Assembly: GCA_965224245.1 (NCBI GenBank)
Contig: OZ245046.1
Span: 64,001-128,000 of the forward strand
Source of the DNA: Candidatus Eiseniibacteriota bacterium
Lineage (GTDB): Bacteria; Eisenbacteria; RBG-16-71-46; CAZAMP01
Reading direction: 5' to 3'
Length of the DNA stretch: 64,000 nucleotides
Shown here: positions 52,101 through 60,289 of the stretch, piece after piece
How the letters are laid out: each line of letters begins with the position of its first letter
Numbering within the stretch: the first letter of the stretch is position 1
Made by a program: the position numbers and the translations under genes
The notes under the pieces: model-generated
The model's input: the letters and a program-made list of their open reading frames with translations, nothing else
Told to the model about the DNA's origin: nothing
The model's database searches: none

Positions 52101-52280
52101 GACGCGCCCGATGAACGAGTGCGCGTCCGGATGGGACGCGAGCAGGGACTCGACCTCAGATCGGATCCGGGGGTCCTCGGAACTCGCGTCGAGGAATGCC
52201 TGGCGTCGTGACGGAGGCAGCTCCAGGGCGTCATGAAAGAGGCGCTCGACACGCTCCCACGACGCGGAATCGAACGTCAT
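49104..52280 (-). CDS. Membrane Ser/Thr kinase with WD40 repeats (STK6)
   Basis: GRGGMGTVY, HRDLKPSN, DFGIAK, LTPEFASPE; TM segment; WD40 repeats ending ASRDGTVRIWD; ATG at 52280 overlaps the ECF4 stop. Confidence 0.93.
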   Translation of the reverse strand: MTFDSASWERVERLFHDALELPPSRRQAFLDASSEDPRIRSEVESLLASHPDAHSFIGRVIAEEARAGLDTALDAPTPHRLGPYEIETELGRGGMGTVYRARRADRLYEHRVAIKVVRGGFVDSSRIARFRSERQILASLTHPNIAQLLDGGETGDGLPYLVMEYVDGRPIDVYCDAEHLDIRARLRLFLSVCAAVQHAHSRLVIHRDLKPSNILVTGDGTVKLLDFGIAKLLDVDQPVLVRTMSMERLLTPEFASPEQVRGEIITIATDVYALGVVLYELLAGARPYVFEGGSAAEIERVVTESEPPAMSDAVVAAEVGTRSSIAAARSTGVDALRRALRGDLDNVVACALHKDPERRYVGVEQLASDIRRHLDGHTIQARPDTLGYRVSTLLRRNRPIVAGALAVLLALVIGLVATTIQSHRATVARREAERIAYAASLSAAESSLRADQIDEARRQLERAPAALRGWEWNHLAGRLDRSERSFPAHEGGVTDIAFTPDGTVVWSCGIDGRIVSHTRDEGRPLTEIGPLGAAVESIDLSPDGTWLAAGLNDGRVLLTDATTPSANDPVELYRGDGWARVCFHPSGKSLVAGLYRGDLATLSIPEGRVLGRASLDGYFALPLYLGSGERLAVGTSRGLWIVDPDTFEPQRALEGHTRRVISLASSGSGDLLASGSMDQTARVWRLGDDAPPVVFGRHDATVTGLAFDPLGTDLVSSGADRRVLRWDSATGNLLARLRGHQSDVFAVAFSPDGRHVAAGAWDGTLLVFDRDAADVPTLHLATSGMSIPIAEAVAVDPMGRWVAVVSGELEVFDRHTRVRHAPLESPLAHGLAVTGDGSRLLLPLDDGDVAVVLMPDEALEAILETEVVRVLAADPADDRMALACADGGLRVVSVKGDLLAEVRSDGVGAIAFSPDGRRLAVGDDDGRVILRDADTMQPITTLAAHEDSVTSIVFAPSGRELVTTSADGSARIWDATDGTSIAVLMAHSAAMNAATYLAAGTRIAVGGVDEVVRIYETSSYTELVRLSGHFGGILDMVEDRSTGALVTASRDGTVRIWD

Positions 52281-52846
52281 GAGGCGGGTCCGAGCTCCCG
52301 ATGGAGCCATGCGCGGGCCATCTGAAGATCGCGCTGCACCGTCGCCTCGGACACCCCGAGTACGGTCGCGAGATCCGGGTCCGTGAGGCCACCGAAATAG
52401 CGAAGCTCGACCGCCTTTGCCTTGCGCTCGTCCTGCTGGCTCAGGCGATCGAGCGCCTGGTCGAGCGCCAGAACGTCCACGTCGGGTCCTTCGATACGGA
52501 GGGCTTCCTCGTGAAGAGGGACGCGCTTCCAGCCACCGCCTCGCTTCTGGCGTCGTCGAGCGCGGGCATGGTCGACCAGGATCCGGCGCATGGTGCTGGA
52601 CGCGATCGCCAGGAAGTGGGCCCGATCGTTGAAAGAGACACCGGAGCCGACAAGACGCGCGAACGCCTCGTGCACGAGCGCGGTGGGCTGGAGGGTGTGG
52701 CTCTCGCGCTCGCCGCTCATGCTGCGCCGAGCGAGAACACGGAGCTCGTCGTAGACGCGGGGGATCAGATGATCGAGCGCGTCCGGGTCGCCGGCTTGCC
52801 AGGCGCGAAGGAGATGTCCCGTTTCTGTCGGCTCGCTCGGTGACAT
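52277..52846 (-). CDS. ECF sigma factor, TIGR02999-like (ECF4)
   Basis: LLRAWQAGD, HTLQPTALVHEAF, MRRILVDHAR, KRGG, VELRYFGGLT. Confidence 0.94.
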   Translation of the reverse strand: MSPSEPTETGHLLRAWQAGDPDALDHLIPRVYDELRVLARRSMSGERESHTLQPTALVHEAFARLVGSGVSFNDRAHFLAIASSTMRRILVDHARARRRQKRGGGWKRVPLHEEALRIEGPDVDVLALDQALDRLSQQDERKAKAVELRYFGGLTDPDLATVLGVSEATVQRDLQMARAWLHRELGPAS

Positions 52847-53292
52847 GGCCAGCCCGCGTCCTCTCGCTGCGCGACCGTCGGCTGCGTCCGACCGGCTCTG
52901 CCACCGGGACTGCCGGAGAGCCCGTAACTCTTCAGATTGTCAGTGATTTGCGGGTTTCCGGTCAAGCGGCCACCCGGGCCGGCGTCGCGACACCCCCGGT
53001 TGCATCCGTCACGTTCGCGCCCAATCCGGCGATGAGCCGCGAGAGGCGCATCTACCTTCGGCTCGACCGGGCGGTGAAAGCGTGGTGTCGGAAGAGTCGG
53101 TCGGTGCCCTGATCCACGAGCTCGCTGGCAGAGAGACGCGGCCGGGTTCCGGTTGACGGTGCTGCAAACACGCGGGAGGATGCGGCCGAATCGAAGCTCG
53201 GATCGATCGCGTGCTCGCCGGCGTTTGTGAGCACTGCGGCCGATCCGGGATGAGTCAGCGCTCGGTGCCAACCCCGATCCAGGAGCCCCGAC

Positions 53293-53820
53293 ATGCGTGC
53301 CACACTGATCCTCGCCGCGGCGTTGACGCTCTCGCTGACCGCGGTCGCCGCCGGCGCGGAGAAGCCGGTCAACGTCAGCCTGTTCAATCCCGTCCAGCTC
53401 GTGAACGAGACCGACGACGTCCGTGGCGTGCGACTGAACCTGATCTATGGACGCAACGTGAACGTGACCGGACTCGACATCGGGTTCATCGCCGGTCACG
53501 CCACCGGCAACTTCTCCGGTGTCCAGTGGCATCCCATCAACCTCGTGGACGGCTCCTTCACCGGCTGGCAGAACGGCTGGCTTCTGGCGAGAACGCGCGG
53601 AGACTTCGTCGGCGTGCAGAGTGCATCGATCAACATCGGGAGCTCGCGAAACGAAGGGATCCAGTTCGGACTGGTGAACGTCGCGGCGGAGACGAGCGGG
53701 ATTCAGATCGGCATCGTGAACGTCACGGACCGCATGTACGGGCTGCAGATCGGACTCGTGAACGTCATCGAGTCCAAGGACTCGCTACCGATCCTGCCCA
53801 TCGTCAACTGGCGGTTCTGA
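53293..53820 (+). CDS. LA_2272-like surface/outer-membrane repeat protein
   Basis: Signal peptide; VRGVRLNLIYG; repeated GxQxGxVN; terminal LPIVNWRF (C-terminal Phe). Confidence 0.82.
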   Translation: MRATLILAAALTLSLTAVAAGAEKPVNVSLFNPVQLVNETDDVRGVRLNLIYGRNVNVTGLDIGFIAGHATGNFSGVQWHPINLVDGSFTGWQNGWLLARTRGDFVGVQSASINIGSSRNEGIQFGLVNVAAETSGIQIGIVNVTDRMYGLQIGLVNVIESKDSLPILPIVNWRF

Positions 53821-53887
53821 CGGTCTCGGAAACTCGTGGAGGATGTGCGGCGTCCGACGATGCGTGCGCCGCGAGTGATCGTCGGTG

Positions 53888-54691
53888 TCAGCGTGATGTC
53901 TCGAGGCCGTGATCCCTCGCGTACCGATCGCGCACCTCCTGGGCGGCGATGTAGAGCGTCGGGTCGGCCCCGAACACCTCCGCGAGCACGGCCGGCGCCT
54001 CCGTGGGCGAGACCTCGGTCGTCACCGGTGAGCCCGGCGCGTAGCGGGTCAGCTTGCCGTCGCGCAGGCTCGTGAACACGTCGTCCACGTAGCCGGCGTA
54101 CGCGAGGCGGTAGAGGAAGCTGTGCGGGATCGCCCAGTCGTTGGCGGCGGTTATGAAGGATCGCAGCTCGTCGAGGACGCGCGGCGTCGGGTCGAGCGTC
54201 TTCGCCGGTCCGGGGTTCCGTGTGACCACGATGCCGTCCTCACCGACGTCGTACACGAACTTCTCCCGGTGGGTGTCGAGCGCGAACGACTGGAAGAGCG
54301 GATACGCCCGGAAGATCGGCGCCGCATACCCCACGTCGGCGTAGAACGGGCCCTCCGGCAGCTCGACGCGCACGCAGCAGTGGCCCGGGTCCATGTACAT
54401 GTAGGCGACGTCGTAGCCCAGCTCCTCGAGGAGCGCGTGAAGCCCGCGCGCGAGCGTCCAGCAGAGACCGCCCGCCCGACGCGTGACGATTCGATCCACG
54501 TACTCGTCGAGGGGTGGCAGGAAGTCGCCGCGACGGCGCCCGGGCTCGTAATCGATGAGCTTGCTGAGCGTTTCGAAGGGCACGCGAGTCTGGTGGCGGC
54601 GTACGATCCGGTGGAGGTACCCGAGCGACGGCGGCTCTCGCGGAAGCTCGAGGTGCGCCAGGAACGGGTCGGCGATGCGGGGCGTCGTCAT
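53888..54691 (-). CDS. Arylamine N-acetyltransferase family protein
   Basis: HQTRVPFETL; RRAGGLC (Cys); GHCC (His); YADVGY (Asp). Confidence 0.88.
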   Translation of the reverse strand: MTTPRIADPFLAHLELPREPPSLGYLHRIVRRHQTRVPFETLSKLIDYEPGRRRGDFLPPLDEYVDRIVTRRAGGLCWTLARGLHALLEELGYDVAYMYMDPGHCCVRVELPEGPFYADVGYAAPIFRAYPLFQSFALDTHREKFVYDVGEDGIVVTRNPGPAKTLDPTPRVLDELRSFITAANDWAIPHSFLYRLAYAGYVDDVFTSLRDGKLTRYAPGSPVTTEVSPTEAPAVLAEVFGADPTLYIAAQEVRDRYARDHGLETSR

Positions 54692-55042
54692 TCAGCCTCT
54701 CGGTGGGCGCCGGCGCCGGGCTCGGCGTGGATCCGTTCAAGGGAGACACTGCGCGCTGAAGCGCGGACCGCGCGATCACGTTGCGAGGGCAACAACTCAC
54801 AGGTCGAACCGTGGGCGCCGTCTCGCCCCGTGCCCCGTGGGCTCATCGTCGTGAACGGGGAGTATCCGCGACAACCGGACGGCAGACCAGCATGATGATG
54901 GGAATCCGCAAGCTCGTCGTCCGGGTCCTCGACACGTGTGGCCGTCGGATGAGGCGGCTGCCGATCGGCTGCCCCGGTCGACTGACGCTGCGAGACGACG
55001 AGGACGAGGGTATCACGGCCTCGCCGTCCCCACGATCCGTGC

Positions 55043-55801
55043 TCACTCCGTCTGAAACTCCGTCTCCGTGATCGTCTTGTTGCCGTGTTCGTCGACGGCC
55101 AGCACCTCCGCTTTGTAGGACGTACCGGGGTGTACGAAGGCGTCCGGTACGTCGAAGGAGGTCGCGTCGGGCGCCAGCTCGGCTTCGAGACCGAGGTCTC
55201 GGTCCTCGTCGCTGACGATCACCTCGAAGTACTCCATCCCGGCGATGGCGTCCCACTCGATCACCAGGCCGGTGGCCGGCACCGAGCTACCGGACGTCGG
55301 CGTCATCACCGGGGCGGGCGGCAGGGTGTGCGACAGATAGCTGTCGCCGCTCAGCACGTCGCCGTCCACCGAGAGAGCCACGATCGTGTACTCGCCTTCC
55401 GGGAACCGCTCGAGCACCTCGGCCGGGCTCGGCTCCGCGCTCTCGAATCGGAGCTCCGTCAGACCGAGCTCACTCAGCTCGCCCTTCGCCTTGAAGTCGA
55501 CGAGGCGTCGCCCCCCGGGGCCGATGAGCCGGGCGCGTCGCCATCCGTCACCGTCCATGAAGAGCTGAAGACCGAGATCGTCGTCGGTGGAGTTGAACTC
55601 GAAGAAGACATCGGCTTCCGAGAGCTCTCCCCCGCCGCCGCGGGTGAGCAAGTCCTCGATCTGTTCGTCAGAGAGCTCGGTGGCGTTCGTCTCGACCGGC
55701 CCCGGGGCGCCCGGAGCGGAGGCCGGTGGGGTATCGCATCCCAGGAGCGCGACGGCGCCGAGGATGGAGCCCAGAAGGACGGAGTGGGGGGTCGCGTTCA
55801 T
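55043..55801 (-). CDS. Hypothetical lipoprotein with C-terminal Fn3-like domain
   Basis: Lipobox LLGC; FEFNSTDDDLGLQLFMDGDGW; ELRFESAEP; terminal YKAEVLAVDEHGNKT; GAGGAG RBS. Confidence 0.8.
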   Translation of the reverse strand: MNATPHSVLLGSILGAVALLGCDTPPASAPGAPGPVETNATELSDEQIEDLLTRGGGGELSEADVFFEFNSTDDDLGLQLFMDGDGWRRARLIGPGGRRLVDFKAKGELSELGLTELRFESAEPSPAEVLERFPEGEYTIVALSVDGDVLSGDSYLSHTLPPAPVMTPTSGSSVPATGLVIEWDAIAGMEYFEVIVSDEDRDLGLEAELAPDATSFDVPDAFVHPGTSYKAEVLAVDEHGNKTITETEFQTE

Positions 55802-56107
55802 GTCGTCTCCTCTCGGTGGTGGTCCGGGTCACACCCGACATTGAACGCAGCGGAGATGAACGGCACATGAGAGGACGCAGAAGTCGCGGCGCGGCTCCAC
55901 CAGAGGCGAAAGAGATCGGCCGTGTCGCCCGGCTCGACGAGAGGATACACGCGGCCGAAATGGCACGACACGACCTGGCACGAAGCACCGCATGCGGGGC
56001 CGGCGTCGGGGAGGTACGACGTCCGGCCGCGAATCTCCAACGGGTGCTCGTCCGTCGCGTCACTCGTATCAGGCGAGTGGTGACCGGCCGCTCTCTCCGG
56101 CGCCCGG

Positions 56108-59029
56108 CTAGCTCCGGTACTTGTCCTTCTTGCTCGCTCCCTTGCCATCGGGGTCGGGGAACAGCTCGCGGCGAGCGAGTCGCTTCGCATCCAGCCGCTG
56201 CGGCTTCGCGGGACTCACCTTGCGCCGCTTCGCCTCCTTGGCAACCACACGGAGCCAGGCGGATGATGGCTGTGCGGGTGTGGTGCGTCTCGGCTCGGTG
56301 ACGCGGGGTTCGCGATGCTTCCGCTCGCAGTCTCGGAGACACCGTTCCAGCGACTTGCGATCCAGTCGGAGGCGCTTCAAGCGCCGGGCCAGCTTGGAGC
56401 TCGAGCCGATCGACCCGAGGGCACACCGCAGGAAACGGCAGAACGTGTCACCGCTCGGGTCGGCGACCGGCCGGTCTCCGCCGAGGAAGATGCCCGCACT
56501 CAACGTCTTCTCGCGCGTGAAGCGTTCTCCCGCGCTCGCGTAGCCGGTAGCCCGGACGCGAATGCGATGGAGCCCCGCGGTCCCGGCGATGAGCAGTCCC
56601 GCGAACGTGCCTTCGCCGTCCGGCTCGAGCTCGACGCGCATCTCGGAGCCGTCCGGCGCGACGATCTCGGCCCACACGTGGGCGCGTCCCGCGAACGGTG
56701 CCTGGTACTCGAGCAGCCTCGCCTGGAGATCGATGGGTGCACCGGGCTCGAAAGATGTCTGTAGCGCGCGAGCGTCGAACGTCACGTTCGACGTGGCGTG
56801 AACGAGGCAGCTCCACGGAACGGCGCCTCGGAGAAGAGACTCGAAGCGACCCAGCTCATCGTCTCGCATCGACTTCAGGTCGATGTGCTCCCGCTTCCGG
56901 AGAGAGAAGACAGCCTTCCACGTTCCCCCGTGGGACGACGACGGCTTCGCGGGATCGGCGGGAAGGACGAGTCGCCACGCCTGCATCTCGGGGTGCGCGA
57001 CGTGCGTCACGTTCGGCATGCCGGCCGCGGAGCCCACGTCGATCACGTCCCCTCCGGGTGTGACGAGCGAGAGATCGAGCCACGGCGCCAGCGGGCAGAG
57101 CGCAATCACGTCGACATACGTGTCTGCGTTCGATAGCGGGATGTCGAGCACCTGGCGGGCACCCCAGGTGAGCGCCCCCTCGGGGTCGAGAACGACGTTC
57201 TGACTCTGCACACCGGCCAGAATCTGAAGGAAGTACTTCGTCAGAAGGAATCTCTCGGCCTCCGAGTGGAGCTCGCCGGTGATGACGAGGTCCCCACCGG
57301 TGTTGGTCGTGATCCGGTTGAGCACGTCGTCGGATACGTGTCCCGGAAGGCCGAACCCGATCGCGTACGTCGAGGACGTGACGGTTCCCGCCGGTAGCTC
57401 GTCGACGTACGGGTGGACGTTCTCGTTTCCATCGGTCAGAACGAGCATCGCCTCCCGCGCGTGGGTGGCGCCGGCGAGCATCGCGGCGCCCGCCTCGACT
57501 CCGAGACCGATGCCGGTGGTTCCACGAGGATCGAGATCTCCGCCGGGGTCGAGTGCGGTTCCCAGGCCGGCCGAAGCGGGGCCGAACGCGAGCACCTCCA
57601 CCGCGACGTCGTCGAACCCGACGAGCCCGATCTCGTCGCCCGGGTCGAGGAGGGCGTGGAAGACGCTCACCGCGGACCTCATGAGCTCCGAACGCGTCAT
57701 CGCGCCTCCGGCTTCGGCGGCCATGCTGCCCGATCGGTCGAGCACCATCGCAATCGAGGTGCCGACACGCGGCACGATCTCCGACGTCAGCGTGATGGTC
57801 CACGTCCCGAGGACCAGCTCGTCGCCTTCGCTCGCGGTGTAGTAGCCCTCGTCGTCGACGATGTACGCCTCGATCTCGACACTGCCCGGCGTGGTATCTC
57901 CGCCGGAGCCGTCGAACTGCACCCAGACCAGCGCGTCGACGGGGTCCGGGTCGTAGTCCGTGTCGATGACGAACTCCGAGCCCAGGCTCGTGAGCGCGTA
58001 CGGGGCGCCCGAGATCGCGGTGATGCGAAAGCGCGTCGGCCGACACGTCTGCACGCGGAAGCGAACGGCACGGTAAGCGGTCAGTCCCTCGGGGACGTCG
58101 TCGAAAGCGAGCGAGAGACCCGACTCGAGTGAGATCTCCGGGAGATCGGTGTCATACCAGACCCCGTCGCCGTGCATGGCGTGTCCGTCGACGACGTCTT
58201 CCGGATTGGTCGTGCCGGGCCACGGTGGGGTCCCGAGCCCGAAGACCATGGGGGCGCCCTCGACGTGTCCGGTCGCGCCGGAGGTGTTGACGTAACGGTC
58301 GGCCACGGACGGGTCGTTGCGTCCCTGCCAGAGCGACCACATGCGGTCGATGGCGGCGTGGTGGAGAAAGAAGACGGGGTCGTTGGGGGAGCTGGCCGTG
58401 ATCATGTTGCCGTTGCACCAGCGATGGACGAGGTTGTGAATGCTCTCGGAGCGACTTCGATGCGTCTCGTAGGGCACGTCGTCGATGGCCTGTCGGAACG
58501 CCCAGCTCGTGCCCGTGACGGCCGTGTCGTTCTCGGGCAAGCTCGGCGCATCGGAGCGCGTGCCGAACGAGCGCTGCAGGAAGTCGGGCTCACCGCCATC
58601 CTTCACGGTGATGTCCCAGTCCTCGGGATCGAACGCGTGCGGATATGCGGCCGGGTCGGCGCCGGGGTCACGTTTCACCCTGTCGCTGTCGGCGGGGTCT
58701 CCGTTCGGACCGAGGAAGTCGTAGGTGAACGGGTATCCGTCGTCGCCCGGGTCGTGGGCGCGTGTCCAGTCCCAGTAGGGTACGCGAATCCCGAGCTCCT
58801 GCTCGAGCTGCCACAGCAGCTCCCGATGCCAGGGAAAGAAGGCGGAGTCTCCGTGCGCGGGATCGGGAGACGTGCTCATCGCATCTCGGTGAATCTCGAC
58901 GTAGTCGTCATACCTGGACTGCGCACCCGGGTGTAGCACGCTGTCGACCTCGCGAAGCGCGTAGAGCGCTTCCACGTAGAGTCGTTTCTCGGTGTCCGTG
59001 AGGTTCTTGACGTTCTTGCGGCATTTCAT
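56108..59029 (-). CDS. Tyrosinase (type-3 copper) - vWA fusion protein
   Basis: CuA site EIH...AHGDSAFFPWHR; CuB site IHNLVH...NDPVFFLHHAAID; vWA MIDAS VLDRSGSM...GTT...LTDG. Start MKCRKNV at 59029 after AGGAG. Confidence 0.9.
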   Translation of the reverse strand: MKCRKNVKNLTDTEKRLYVEALYALREVDSVLHPGAQSRYDDYVEIHRDAMSTSPDPAHGDSAFFPWHRELLWQLEQELGIRVPYWDWTRAHDPGDDGYPFTYDFLGPNGDPADSDRVKRDPGADPAAYPHAFDPEDWDITVKDGGEPDFLQRSFGTRSDAPSLPENDTAVTGTSWAFRQAIDDVPYETHRSRSESIHNLVHRWCNGNMITASSPNDPVFFLHHAAIDRMWSLWQGRNDPSVADRYVNTSGATGHVEGAPMVFGLGTPPWPGTTNPEDVVDGHAMHGDGVWYDTDLPEISLESGLSLAFDDVPEGLTAYRAVRFRVQTCRPTRFRITAISGAPYALTSLGSEFVIDTDYDPDPVDALVWVQFDGSGGDTTPGSVEIEAYIVDDEGYYTASEGDELVLGTWTITLTSEIVPRVGTSIAMVLDRSGSMAAEAGGAMTRSELMRSAVSVFHALLDPGDEIGLVGFDDVAVEVLAFGPASAGLGTALDPGGDLDPRGTTGIGLGVEAGAAMLAGATHAREAMLVLTDGNENVHPYVDELPAGTVTSSTYAIGFGLPGHVSDDVLNRITTNTGGDLVITGELHSEAERFLLTKYFLQILAGVQSQNVVLDPEGALTWGARQVLDIPLSNADTYVDVIALCPLAPWLDLSLVTPGGDVIDVGSAAGMPNVTHVAHPEMQAWRLVLPADPAKPSSSHGGTWKAVFSLRKREHIDLKSMRDDELGRFESLLRGAVPWSCLVHATSNVTFDARALQTSFEPGAPIDLQARLLEYQAPFAGRAHVWAEIVAPDGSEMRVELEPDGEGTFAGLLIAGTAGLHRIRVRATGYASAGERFTREKTLSAGIFLGGDRPVADPSGDTFCRFLRCALGSIGSSSKLARRLKRLRLDRKSLERCLRDCERKHREPRVTEPRRTTPAQPSSAWLRVVAKEAKRRKVSPAKPQRLDAKRLARRELFPDPDGKGASKKDKYRS

Positions 59030-59280
59030 GGGGGTGCTCCCTGCATTTGTGGGGCTCTTTCCTCGAAGAGCCGGCACCGGATCCGTGGCATGGGATTCGT
59101 CCGGCGCCCGGTGGCGCCGCACTCGTTCAATACGATCGCGAGGAGCGTCGGTCCGACAGGGTGACGGCGCCGGCGCTCGCGGTACCGAGGCTGGACGGGG
59201 CTGTGTGGCGTGGTGCTCGCAATGGGTCGCTCGTGCCTGCGGACCGCACTGGCGGTTCGATGGGTGCCGCCAGACGCTCG

Positions 59281-59490
59281 ATTGAGTTCATTATATAACA
59301 AGTAGTACTGCAAAATCAACATAGATTGGGTCATCACAAGTGGAGTTCGGAGAAGTGGGTAGGTGCGACAGTGTGAGAGCTAAAATATTTATAAATAGTG
59401 ATTTGAATGGATCCAGTACGTTCGCACCAGGTGAAGCCGGTCAATCTGTCTTCCAAAGACAGAATATGATGACCGTATCATCGTTTAAGT
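59281..59490. promoter_or_regulatory. AT-rich divergent promoter region with inverted repeats
   Basis: Strongly AT-rich relative to the flanks; contains TATTTATAAATA, TCTGTCTT-CCA-AAGACAGA (59445-59463) and ATGAT-n6-ATCAT (59466-59481). Confidence 0.6.
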
Positions 59491-59716
59491 AGCCGTTCGC
59501 TCGGCGTCCCTCGCGGCGCCCCCCGTGCCGAACGCGCGGCGCACCGACCATGCCTGGACGCTCACCGCGTGGCACCCGATCGTGGCGGTTTCCCACCCAC
59601 TTCGACGCGTAGTGTAACGACCGGAAGAGGCCTGCCGGACACGGCCGCGCCGCCCGGCTCCGCCCGCGTCGTCGCGGAGCTCGTACAGCCGGCTTCTGCC
59701 GTGTTGCTTGCAGACC

Positions 59717-60289
59717 ATGATCCCGAACCCGAGGGTGGCCATGCTCCACAGACTCCCGTGGGCGCTCGCGCTCGCGCTCGTCGCAGCTGCCGTCGGTCTC
59801 CGCGGAGCCGAGCCCACCGAGCTCGTCCGCGGCGCCGTCTCCGGTGGCGTGGCCTCCACGACCGACGGCAGCGTGATCCTCGAGGGGACGATCGCAGAGG
59901 CCGGGGTCGTCGGAAGGACCGGCGACGGCTCCGTCGAGTTGATCGAGGGCTTCTGGCTCCCACCGCTCGTGCTGCTGGACGCCGACCTGCCGGTGGGGCC
60001 GCTCCTTCCCACCGCGCCCGAGATGCGACGCCCCATGCCGAACCCGCTCCGGGCGGCGACCGTGATTCCGTACGCGGTCTCCGAGCCGGGCACGGTGCGC
60101 ATGCACGTCTACGACATCTTCGGTCGCCGCGTGCGCACGCTCGTCGACCGGCCGCACATGGCCGGCTGGTTCCTGGCGCGCTGGGACGGACGCGACACCG
60201 ACGGCCTCAGCGTCGGTAACGGCGTGTACTACGTTCGCACGCGCATCGGCGACTGGGCGCGTACCACCAAGGTCGTCGTGACCCGATGA
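59717..60289 (+). CDS. Small secreted protein: short Gly-rich N-module plus FlgD-Ig/T9SS-type CTD
   Basis: Signal peptide; SGGVASTTDGSVILEGTIAE...VELIEGFW; PMPNPL...VYDIFGRRVRTLV...WDG...GVYYVR. Confidence 0.82.
   Translation: MIPNPRVAMLHRLPWALALALVAAAVGLRGAEPTELVRGAVSGGVASTTDGSVILEGTIAEAGVVGRTGDGSVELIEGFWLPPLVLLDADLPVGPLLPTAPEMRRPMPNPLRAATVIPYAVSEPGTVRMHVYDIFGRRVRTLVDRPHMAGWFLARWDGRDTDGLSVGNGVYYVRTRIGDWARTTKVVVTR

Noticed and set aside
52922-52953. Imperfect dyad CCGTAA...TTGCGG upstream of ECF4 (IHF-like), and the palindrome GAGTAG-C-CTACTC at 48641-48653
   Set aside because: Single, weak occurrences; plausible binding sites but not supportable without enrichment data.
54781-55071. Small plus-strand ORF (MMMGIRKLVVRV...) between the acetyltransferase and lipoprotein genes
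   Set aside because: No homology cues and it overlaps the end of the opposite-strand gene.
59582-59612. Possible ECF promoter GTGGCG-(pyrimidine-rich)-CGCGTA upstream of the mini CTD gene, with loose look-alikes elsewhere
   Set aside because: The candidate copies were too degenerate to define a consensus by eye.
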